A stretch of DNA of 32,000 nucleotides from Candidatus Hadarchaeota archaeon (lineage in GTDB: Archaea; Hadarchaeota; Hadarchaeia; Hadarchaeales; Hadarchaeaceae). Below the pieces are notes generated by a model that ran no database searches, had not been told where the DNA came from, and was given only the letters and a program-made list of their open reading frames with translations. Within the stretch, counting starts at the first letter, position 1; each line of letters opens with the position of its first letter. Positions 23,472 through 31,318 of this stretch are shown here, piece by piece. The DNA lies in NCBI GenBank assembly GCA_964514965.1, contig CAZETV010000001.1:390001-422000 (forward strand). Reading direction: 5' to 3'. The translations under genes and the position numbers were made by a program.

Positions 23472-24613
23472 TAGATAATTTTCTTCTGCAATAAAGATGG
23501 CGTGATTTCGATTTCAGCCAGTATTTTTACTATCCTCTGTGCGGCCCTTCCGTCACCATACGGATTTTTGCATTTTCTAACTTTTTCTCTAAATTTCTCG
23601 CCATAAAGTGCTTTTTTCACAGCGTTGACAATCTCTTTTCTCTCGTATCCAACATCTATTACATTCGTGGATCTTTCTCGCCCCGCTTGTCTAGTGCCTA
23701 TGTTGACGACAGGTAGGTGAAACGATGGTGCCTCGATGATTCCGCTGCTCGAGTTTCCAACCATAACATTCACTACCTTCATTAGGCCCAAATAATCGGC
23801 ATATGGGATACTCTTAAAGGATTTAATGAACGGATATTTTTCGTATTTTTTTATCATGTTTATCATCCTGCGCCCACCAGCATCCGCATTTGGGTAAATC
23901 AAAATTGTCTGGTGTTTAAGTTCAACAATTGCGTCCAGCGTCTCTTTTATCTGATGTGCCGCTTCGTTAGATTCTGTCACAACCGGATGCTGCAAAACCA
24001 ATAAAATAGGTTTCGATAAGTCGAGAGAATATTTTTTGGAGAGTTTGGTCCATTCTGGCAACTTTTCATTTAATATTGTATCTAAAGCGGGGGCACCAAC
24101 CACAAAAACTCTTGAAGGATCCTCACCCATTTTTATTATCCTGTTTGCGCTTTCTTGAGTAGCCGGGAAATGAATGTGTGCTAACTTGGTAATCACATGC
24201 CTAACTGAATCATCAACACCCCCGGAAACCTCTCCACCGTGTGAATGGGCTATCGGAATACCGATATATGACGCAGTAACTGCTCCAGCAAGCATTTCAG
24301 CTCTGTCCCCCAGGAGGACGAGAAAATCCGGTTTTGCCTTCTCCAATACTTCAGTCATTTTTTCGATGCATTTACCGATTGATTTCACCATCGCAACTCC
24401 GGTGTCCTCCGCATGAAGCATTTCTACTTTTGCATCGATTTTGAATCCATCTTTTCTTATTTCTTTGATTGTGTATCCAAATTCTCTTGAGAGATGCATT
24501 CCGGTCACTATAAGCACAAGTTCAAGACGCGGATGTGCCTTTATCGCTTTAAGCACTGGCTTCAGAATTCCGTATTCCGCCCGGGTACCGGTAAAAACGG
24601 CGATCTTTCTCAT
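23468..24613 (-). CDS. neuC: UDP-sugar 2-epimerase, hydrolysing (NeuC/LegG family)
   Basis: IAVFTGTRAEYGILKPV, HSHGGEVSGGVDDSVRH, VGNSSSGIIEAP. Confidence 0.85.
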   Translation of the reverse strand: MRKIAVFTGTRAEYGILKPVLKAIKAHPRLELVLIVTGMHLSREFGYTIKEIRKDGFKIDAKVEMLHAEDTGVAMVKSIGKCIEKMTEVLEKAKPDFLVLLGDRAEMLAGAVTASYIGIPIAHSHGGEVSGGVDDSVRHVITKLAHIHFPATQESANRIIKMGEDPSRVFVVGAPALDTILNEKLPEWTKLSKKYSLDLSKPILLVLQHPVVTESNEAAHQIKETLDAIVELKHQTILIYPNADAGGRRMINMIKKYEKYPFIKSFKSIPYADYLGLMKVVNVMVGNSSSGIIEAPSFHLPVVNIGTRQAGRERSTNVIDVGYERKEIVNAVKKALYGEKFREKVRKCKNPYGDGRAAQRIVKILAEIEITPSLLQKKIIY

Positions 24614-24614
24614 C

Positions 24615-25664
24615 CTATCCCGTCAATTTTTCAAACGTAATGGGCTCGTCCACCTTTATATCCTTCTTCGCCCTCTTTCCAATAACTTTTTTTAGATACT
24701 TAGGATTGAGACCTGTGCCCGACCTCTTGAGATCCAGCATATCCTCAGCTATCACGGTGCCTTTTGATATGTCCACCTTGGCCACTATGCTTCTCCTCAC
24801 GGCTTTCTTCATGGCCTCCTCACTTTCGGTTGGCCTCTTTACCCCATTCCCCAAGGCTTTTTCAACCTCTCTGATGTGCTCCACCATCTCCCTAAATTCG
24901 CCCGGTTCTAGGGAAGCTTTGTGATCTGGTCCCGGTAGTTTTCTATCTAATGTGAAGTGTTTTTCGATGATTGTTGCCCCCAAAGCCGCAGCCGCTATCG
25001 GAACGGTTGTGCCAACGGTATGGTCGGAGAGGCCTACCGATAACCCAAACATATGCATTAGGGTTTCCATAGCTCTAAGATTGGTCTCCTCAACTTTTGC
25101 AGGATAGTTGCTTACACAGTGGAGCAAAACAACTTCTTTCGCTCCCTCCTCCATTATCGTTTTCAGCGCCTCTTCGACCTCACCCAAATTTGACATGCCC
25201 GTGGACATGATTACCGGCTTTCCCTTTCTCGCTGCATGTTTGAGCAACGGGAGATTGGTTATCTCGCCAGATGGAATTTTGAATGCTGGTACTTTCAGCT
25301 CATCGAGAAAATCAATACTTTCCTCGTCAAATGCGGACGCCAAAAAGATGATATTTTTTTTCTTCGCGTAGCCAGAAAGTTTTTTAAAATCGTCCCTCGT
25401 CAACTCAAGTTTCTTCAACATATCGTGCTGGCTGCCTGCCCCCGTGCTCCTTTTTTGATACGCAGGTTTCTCGGCGGTCTTTGTGACCAACCGCTCGGCA
25501 CGAAAAATCTGAAACTTGACCGCGTCAGCGCCGGCTTTTTTTGCCGCGTCGATTAGCTTTTTAGCTAGGTCGAGTTTTCCGTTGTGGTTTACCCCGGCTT
25601 CCGCAATAATAAAACAGGACTTTCCCTCCCCTACCACCTTATTCGAGATTTTTACATTTTTCAC
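24615..25664 (-). CDS. neuB: Nonulosonic acid synthase, canonical NeuB/LegI type, with C-terminal SAF domain
   Basis: FIIAEAGVNHNGKLDLAKKLIDAAKKAGADAVKFQ, LSDHT, and SAF-like tail RSIVAKVDISKGTVI. Confidence 0.88.
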   Translation of the reverse strand: MKNVKISNKVVGEGKSCFIIAEAGVNHNGKLDLAKKLIDAAKKAGADAVKFQIFRAERLVTKTAEKPAYQKRSTGAGSQHDMLKKLELTRDDFKKLSGYAKKKNIIFLASAFDEESIDFLDELKVPAFKIPSGEITNLPLLKHAARKGKPVIMSTGMSNLGEVEEALKTIMEEGAKEVVLLHCVSNYPAKVEETNLRAMETLMHMFGLSVGLSDHTVGTTVPIAAAALGATIIEKHFTLDRKLPGPDHKASLEPGEFREMVEHIREVEKALGNGVKRPTESEEAMKKAVRRSIVAKVDISKGTVIAEDMLDLKRSGTGLNPKYLKKVIGKRAKKDIKVDEPITFEKLTG

Positions 25665-25698
25665 AAATTTTACCCCAGTCCATTTTTTTCAAATGTCG

Positions 25699-27012
25699 TC
25701 AGGCAAGCCTTTTGAAACCCGTGTGGGCAACGGGACCTCTCAACAATTTCCTGACCCTGCCACTCTCCGCTGCTTTCTTTATAATTTCAAACACTTCGCC
25801 GACATTCCTCAGATATTTCGATACGTGCGCCTTGGTATGGCTGTACGAAGCGTACAGGCTCTTCGAGGCTAGGAACCCCCTGTCCAACATCTCTTGGGTG
25901 AACAGCGTGTGCATGGCTTGGGCATCGTCGTGCTCGAACGCGAATGTGGTCAAGGGAGGTATTCCCATAGTTCTTATTTTCAGGTCGTGGGCATCCGCAA
26001 GTCTTTTCCAACCGTCGCTGACCAAATTTCCGATTTTGCACAGGTGTTTTGGCACATTATTTTTTCGCATTTTATTTATGGTGACGATGGAAGCCGCGGG
26101 ACCTATTCTATCGGTCCAATAGGTGCTACTTATGAAGCTCTCTTGGGCAACGTCCATGACTTCCCTCTTGCCCACCACCGCAGCCATTGGGAATCCGTTG
26201 CTCATGGCTTTCCCGTATACCGCGATATCTGGGTAGACCTTATACAGCGCGTGAATTCCACCAACATTCATACGCCATCCCGAGGTTATTTCATCGAATA
26301 TCAGGACAGCGCCGATTTCATCCGCAATTTTTCTAACTTTTTTCAGGAAATTGTTTTTTGGCTCTTGGTGCCTTATAGGCTCCATCGCTATCACGCCGAT
26401 GTCCTTATTTTTTGATACGATATTCTCTAGCTCTTCTATTTTGTTGTAGTTGAATGGGATCGATGTTCCAATCAGACACCTCGGAACGCCCTTGGGGTCT
26501 AATCCTGGAAGCAGATGCCCATCCAGATTCTTTTCGTTTGCCAAATTGGCTGAGAGATACCAATCATGCCAGCCGTGGTAACCACAAAATGCTATTTTGT
26601 CTCTTCCAGTATATGCCCGCCCAATCCTGATAGCTACCGCCATAGCCTCCCCACCTGTCTTCGTGTATCTCACCATGTTCGCCCACGGATTCAAACCCAG
26701 CAAAAGCTCCGCCAATTCAACTTCTTCGGGGCAGTTTAGAGTAGTCATCGGAGCCAAGTCTATCGCTCTTTTCACCGCTTCATTTACATCAGGGTCGGCA
26801 TATCCGAGCACACAGGCTCCGATGCCCATGTACGACATATCGATTAACCTGTTGCTATCAAGGTCCCAAATTTCGTCGCCCTTTGCCTTCTTGAAATAGG
26901 CCGGCCACTGCGCCGGAAGAAACATCTCAGAACGTTTAGAAAGCAACTGGGTCCCCCCAGGGATTACTTTTTTCGCAGCTTTCCACAACTTTGGGCCTTT
27001 TTTTATTTTCAC
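25699..27012 (-). CDS. Class-III PLP aminotransferase (glutamate-1-semialdehyde aminomutase-like)
   Basis: 437 aa. DLDSNRLIDMSYMGIGACVLGYADP, FDEITSGWR, and lysine region YGKAMSNGFP. Confidence 0.8.
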   Translation of the reverse strand: MKIKKGPKLWKAAKKVIPGGTQLLSKRSEMFLPAQWPAYFKKAKGDEIWDLDSNRLIDMSYMGIGACVLGYADPDVNEAVKRAIDLAPMTTLNCPEEVELAELLLGLNPWANMVRYTKTGGEAMAVAIRIGRAYTGRDKIAFCGYHGWHDWYLSANLANEKNLDGHLLPGLDPKGVPRCLIGTSIPFNYNKIEELENIVSKNKDIGVIAMEPIRHQEPKNNFLKKVRKIADEIGAVLIFDEITSGWRMNVGGIHALYKVYPDIAVYGKAMSNGFPMAAVVGKREVMDVAQESFISSTYWTDRIGPAASIVTINKMRKNNVPKHLCKIGNLVSDGWKRLADAHDLKIRTMGIPPLTTFAFEHDDAQAMHTLFTQEMLDRGFLASKSLYASYSHTKAHVSKYLRNVGEVFEIIKKAAESGRVRKLLRGPVAHTGFKRLA

Positions 27013-27014
27013 GG

Positions 27015-28025
27015 CTATCGCCCCGAAGCGAGGCTAATTTGTTTCCCTATTTCAGAACTCTTTTCGGCTGCGTATAAAATCTCCAATATTTTCTTATCAT
27101 CCTCAAAACTGTATGGGTATTTTTCTTTACCTTCTATCGCCCTGACAAATCTTTCCATCTCTTCTATGTACATTCTCTCCCCTATGATGTATCCTTTTTC
27201 CGGCTTGCCTTCTTCTGTTGAGTATTCCTCCCATTTTTTCTCTCCAGCTGTGAAAACTTTTACGACATTTGCGTTTCGATCCCATTCGATTGTTCCCTCT
27301 TCTCCGAGTAGCCGAAAAACACGAACTGGTGCTCTAGCTACTACGTCAACGAGCATGTGTCCAAGGGCACCGCTTTTGAATTTTAGAAGCACTTGATAAG
27401 TGTCATCGATGTCGACATCCAAATCCGATACTTTACCTTTTAAGCAAGATGTCGCATCCACATCTCCAAGCAACCAAGTTAACCACACAAGCTCGAAGGG
27501 GACTATCTCTCTAGCAGCTCCGGTGGTCCTCCTTGCGACGTAAAACTTCCTGTAGTCCTCCCACGGATGCCAATCTGGCAGGTATTGTCCAGAATGATAT
27601 GTAAATGCAAGTGGCTTGCCAACAGCGCGTTCGTCTACTAGTCCCTTTATTTTTTTGATTGCGGGGTGGAACCTCATTGTGCAGGACGGTGCCGCGACTA
27701 TTTTTTTACCCTTGATTAGAGAGATCAGCTTGCCCATTCCATCATTGACGACGCTCGCCTCAGTGAAGAAATGCTTGTTTTTTCGTGCTGCAATCATGGC
27801 ATATTTCATGTGCAAATCTGGCGGAGTGGAGATAATCAGAGCAGCCGGATTTTCAATCATGGCTTCTTCGAACTCTCCAAATGTTTTGATTTTATATTTC
27901 TCTTCGGCTTCCTTCCGCCTGTCCTCCCTGAGGTCGAATCCGATTATCTCACCTGCTTTAAGGTACTGCAAATTGCGGATGCGCCTTTTGCCCATCGAAC
28001 CTAACCCTACGACTAAAAACTTCAT
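27015..28025 (-). CDS. Gfo/Idh/MocA-family oxidoreductase (own start inside the 578-aa ORF)
   Basis: MKFLVVGLGSMGKRRIRNL Rossmann start, preceded on the minus strand by AAGGAGTGAACTGT-ATG (strong SD). The 336-aa length is typical of the family. Confidence 0.8.
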   Translation of the reverse strand: MKFLVVGLGSMGKRRIRNLQYLKAGEIIGFDLREDRRKEAEEKYKIKTFGEFEEAMIENPAALIISTPPDLHMKYAMIAARKNKHFFTEASVVNDGMGKLISLIKGKKIVAAPSCTMRFHPAIKKIKGLVDERAVGKPLAFTYHSGQYLPDWHPWEDYRKFYVARRTTGAAREIVPFELVWLTWLLGDVDATSCLKGKVSDLDVDIDDTYQVLLKFKSGALGHMLVDVVARAPVRVFRLLGEEGTIEWDRNANVVKVFTAGEKKWEEYSTEEGKPEKGYIIGERMYIEEMERFVRAIEGKEKYPYSFEDDKKILEILYAAEKSSEIGKQISLASGR

Positions 28026-28030
28026 ACAGT

Positions 28031-28751
28031 TCACTCCTTGATAGCATGGACTACTTTCCACGTTAAAACGATATTCCCGATTATTTGCAACTTCCCCGAT
28101 GTATAACTGCTGAACGGCAATTCCTTTTTTCTTTTCATCTTGATGTTGACTTCGTCTTCCAAGATTTCCACTTTCCCCGCTCCGACCGCCCTGAGATAAC
28201 CAGCGAACTCTTGAATAAATATTGTAAAACTCGTACGGCGCGTTTTGACTGTGTCCCTCCTTGTAAATTTTTATAATGTAAGTGAAATCGCCCAACAGAA
28301 GCCTGATGAAAAGGTGCTTCTTCGTAACTCTGGCAAGCTCTCTTACAGCTTTTTTCCAGTTTGGAATGAATGGAAGAACCATGTAACAGATAACAATGTC
28401 GTAAGAGTTATCCTCGATTTTTAAGTCGAAAATGTCTCCCTTGTCAACTCTAAAGTTTTTTTCCTTAGCAAAGACTGATCGAGCTAATTTTAGATAATGC
28501 TCTGAAACATCTACGCCATAGTAAGATATATTTTGGTCGATTTTTTTGAGCGAGGGGTAAAAATGACCAACACCGCAACCGACATCCAGGACCTTCATCC
28601 CGGGTTTGTACACCTCCCGCACGAGCTTGACTAGCTGTTTTACTTGCTCCATTTCCGGCTCCTGACCAAAGGCTCGCTTTTTCATTAATTCCCCGTACGC
28701 TCCCTCCTCCCATAGGCGCTCCCAAACTCTTTTGTTGCTCACAGGGTTCAC
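28031..28751 (-). pseudogene. Class-I SAM-dependent methyltransferase interrupted by a +1 frameshift (or assembly indel)
   Basis: Frame 0 gives motif I VLDVGCGVGH through ...PYEFYNIYS. The +1 frame then gives a far more protein-like C-terminus, QEFAGYLRAVGAGKVEILEDEVNIKMKRKKELPFSSYTSGKLQIIGNIVLTWKVVHAIKE*, ending at TGA 28033-28031 inside the downstream SD. The 721-nt span equals 240 codons plus 1 nt. Confidence 0.6.
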
Positions 28752-29509
28752 CCAATTTTTTTTAACTTGGGCTTAGCATGCTCTTTTAGCCTTGCCTCGT
28801 ACGCTTTTTGCACCTCTTGGTTTATTTTGGCGATTTCAGGATTTTCTTCGAGCAGTTTCACGACCTCTTTCAGCGGGATAATTTTGCCGGATTTGTAAAG
28901 TTTTTTGAAAACTGCTCTGAAAAATTCTAGGTCTTTAGGGTAGTCAAGCGTCATTCTGGACTCGGGATGTTTCAGGTCATCGCTCGCGTCCAAGTACTTT
29001 ACCTCGAAGAGACCAGTATCGACGAAGTAGCCTCCCCAAACTTCAGTATCAGCTTCTTCCTTGAGCTGGCAAACCCTCTCAAGAGCTTCCACTTTTATAC
29101 CGATGGGAACCGCGCCGACAGGGAAGCCTCGCCAGGCGATATAATCCGCGTTTGTTTCTTTAAAGTGGTCTATCGTCTGATCTACCAGTTCTGGGTCACA
29201 TAGTATGTCATCACCATCTATATTCACGATGAAGTCCAGTCCATATTTTTTCGCGGCTTTTAGATACCTGTCGAGTTTGTCTTCTGGACTACCTCTGAAG
29301 ACCTCGATATCATTTCTGCGTGCCACATCGACTAAGATATCGTCGTCTGGGTGAGTGGATGTACAAAGCACGACAAGGTCAGGGCGCTTCGCGGCCTTTG
29401 CACGATCCATGAGGTGCTCTATGGTCGTTCGTCCCTCTATCTCAAGTAACGCTTTTTTTGGCAATCTGGTCGACTTCATCCGCACGGTTATAAAAATAGC
29501 CGTTTTCAA
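28748..29509 (-). CDS. SpsF-type cytidylyltransferase (CTP_transf_3 family)
   Basis: FITVRMKSTRLPKKAL, VFRGSPEDKLDRY, NIDGDDILCDPELVD and RMTLDYPKDLEF are colinear with B. subtilis SpsF as I recall it. Confidence 0.75.
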   Translation of the reverse strand: MKTAIFITVRMKSTRLPKKALLEIEGRTTIEHLMDRAKAAKRPDLVVLCTSTHPDDDILVDVARRNDIEVFRGSPEDKLDRYLKAAKKYGLDFIVNIDGDDILCDPELVDQTIDHFKETNADYIAWRGFPVGAVPIGIKVEALERVCQLKEEADTEVWGGYFVDTGLFEVKYLDASDDLKHPESRMTLDYPKDLEFFRAVFKKLYKSGKIIPLKEVVKLLEENPEIAKINQEVQKAYEARLKEHAKPKLKKIG

Positions 29510-29520
29510 TCAATCACCGA

Positions 29521-30588
29521 TTAAATCACATTATCGGGGGTGATGGGGTCGTTTTTCTTCATGCTCTTGGCGGCGGTCTTGCCCAATAAGCGTTCGATTT
29601 CATCCGGAAAAATCCCTTCATCCGATCTTTTGAACGCCAGTTTATCGCGAGTTATCTTTTCCCCCTTTTGGATGTCCCTAGCCGCGACTGTTCGCTTTCG
29701 GGCAATCTCCCGGTATTCCCGCTCTGCTTTTGATAAGGGTCTTACATCGGAAAAACCAAACGCCTCCTCTATTTTCCTGAGGTTGACGACGAACTTTTTA
29801 AAGACAGGCGAATCGAGCGCAGATTCGAAGTCTTCGCCCCTCAGGTTCCTATCATGGGTAAGATGCTTTTCGATGACTTTTGCTCCGAATGCTAGTGCCA
29901 CGAGCGGAATGACGAGAGCTAGATCGGAGCCCCCATCCGTGTGGTCTGCAAAACCTATGGGAACTTGGAATTTTTGCTTCAGAGTTGGTATAAATTTCAG
30001 ATGCATGTCCTCCAGCTTAGTCGGATAGCTCTGGAACCCGTAAACCAGCACGAGATTTTCGTTGCCTTCTTCCTTCATCCAAGAAATGGCCCTCTCTACC
30101 TCTTCCATTGTGGCGCCACCCACCCTCAGAAACACGGGTTTTTCCTTCTTCGCCACTCCCCTCACGAGATTTTCCTCGGCGAGCGACGCCGGAGAGACCA
30201 CATAAGCATCCGCCTTTAGATTAGAAGCGAGACCAACACTCGGAAAGTCGTTGCACATCGCACATATTAGCAGCCCATTTTTTCTGGCGTACGGAAACAA
30301 CTCAGCCCAAGCCGCTGGAGCCAGGTTAATTCGGCTCAGATATTCGTAAATGGGCAGTGCTTCCTTGCCCGCTGATACGCGCCCTTTCCCAGTCCTGTAC
30401 TGCGGGACCATGTAATTTTCCATGAATGTGAGGTGAAAACAAATGGCGTCTGCCCTCGCATTGGCCGCTGCGTCTATTATCTCTTTCGCCTTTTCAACCG
30501 ACCCGTCATGTGACCATGCCATCTCCGCGATGACGAATGTGGGATGTTGATCACCTATCTTTCTTCTACCAATTCTTATTGTTTTCAA
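29521..30588 (-). CDS. Second, divergent NeuB-family synthase (SpsE/PseI-like) with SAF domain
   Basis: FVIAEMAWSHDGSVEKAKEIIDAAANARADAICFHL replaces the AEAGVNHNG...KFQ of the first copy. FADHT, plus SAF-like RTVAARDIQKGEKIT. Confidence 0.8.
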   Translation of the reverse strand: MKTIRIGRRKIGDQHPTFVIAEMAWSHDGSVEKAKEIIDAAANARADAICFHLTFMENYMVPQYRTGKGRVSAGKEALPIYEYLSRINLAPAAWAELFPYARKNGLLICAMCNDFPSVGLASNLKADAYVVSPASLAEENLVRGVAKKEKPVFLRVGGATMEEVERAISWMKEEGNENLVLVYGFQSYPTKLEDMHLKFIPTLKQKFQVPIGFADHTDGGSDLALVIPLVALAFGAKVIEKHLTHDRNLRGEDFESALDSPVFKKFVVNLRKIEEAFGFSDVRPLSKAEREYREIARKRTVAARDIQKGEKITRDKLAFKRSDEGIFPDEIERLLGKTAAKSMKKNDPITPDNVI

Positions 30589-31313
30589 ACTTCCACCTCG
30601 CTTTTGAACAACCCTGATTTCACTACAAATTCCGCCAATAAAAAGTCAAACTCATCGTCTATCCCAATAGAACTGATCCTGTCCATAATCAAACCTTTCA
30701 TGCTTTTGGGATTGAAACAAGGCGATTTTTCACTGACCCTATCGAAATACCTCCTCCGAGTGATTATCAGTCCATCGCTTATTCTGAAGAGTTTTGGTAA
30801 CTCTTGCCTGCGAAGTGGTTTGTTCATGCCTCCAATCAGCTCTTTCAAATTTCCCTCTTCATTCCTTTCGTAGACAAAATATGGGTGGTAACCCGACTCA
30901 ACCTCACACACACCTATAACTGAGTCAAAATCGGAGGTCAACAACATCCTCAACCCCGCGTTTATATGTTCATGAGTCCGAAACGGCGATGTCGGCTGAA
31001 GAAACGCCACGATTTCCGGATGATATCGCTCTTCTTTTTCAAGATAATGCAAGGCGTGCAGAAGAACGGAGAGCGAGGACGCCTCGTCCATCGCTAGCTG
31101 CTTGGGCCTCAAAAACGGAACTTCTGCACCATATTTTCTCGCTATTGCCGCTATCTCTTTGTCTTCAGTTGAAACTATGGTACGGTCGAGCTTGCTGCTG
31201 AGCGCGGCATCTATTGTGTAGCTGATTAGGGGTTTTCCTCCGAGGGGTCTGATGTTCTTTTTCTGGACCCCTTTAGACCCGCCTCTTGCAGGGATAATTC
31301 CGACCGCTAGAAT
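30585..31313 (-). CDS. neuA: CMP-nonulosonate synthetase (acylneuraminate cytidylyltransferase, NeuA/LegF type); proposed ATT start
   Basis: The listed ORF (TTG at 31112) lacks the N-terminus. Hand translation upstream in the same frame gives ILAVGIIPARGGSKGVQKKNIRPLGGKPLISYTIDAALSSKLDRTIVSTEDKEIAAIARKYGAEVPF with no ATG, GTG or TTG. ATT at 31313-31311 lies 7 nt after GAGGT. Confidence 0.7.
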   Translation of the reverse strand: MLAVGIIPARGGSKGVQKKNIRPLGGKPLISYTIDAALSSKLDRTIVSTEDKEIAAIARKYGAEVPFLRPKQLAMDEASSLSVLLHALHYLEKEERYHPEIVAFLQPTSPFRTHEHINAGLRMLLTSDFDSVIGVCEVESGYHPYFVYERNEEGNLKELIGGMNKPLRRQELPKLFRISDGLIITRRRYFDRVSEKSPCFNPKSMKGLIMDRISSIGIDDEFDFLLAEFVVKSGLFKSEVEV

Positions 31314-31318
31314 GGTAC

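Noticed and set aside
27015-28751. A single 578-aa bifunctional methyltransferase-oxidoreductase CDS.
   Set aside because: The linker translation is implausible. The +1 frame gives a proper methyltransferase C-terminus ending in a stop inside a strong SD. The oxidoreductase has its own SD plus ATG. The ORF is split into a frameshifted MTase and a separate oxidoreductase, although a gene caller would report it as one gene.
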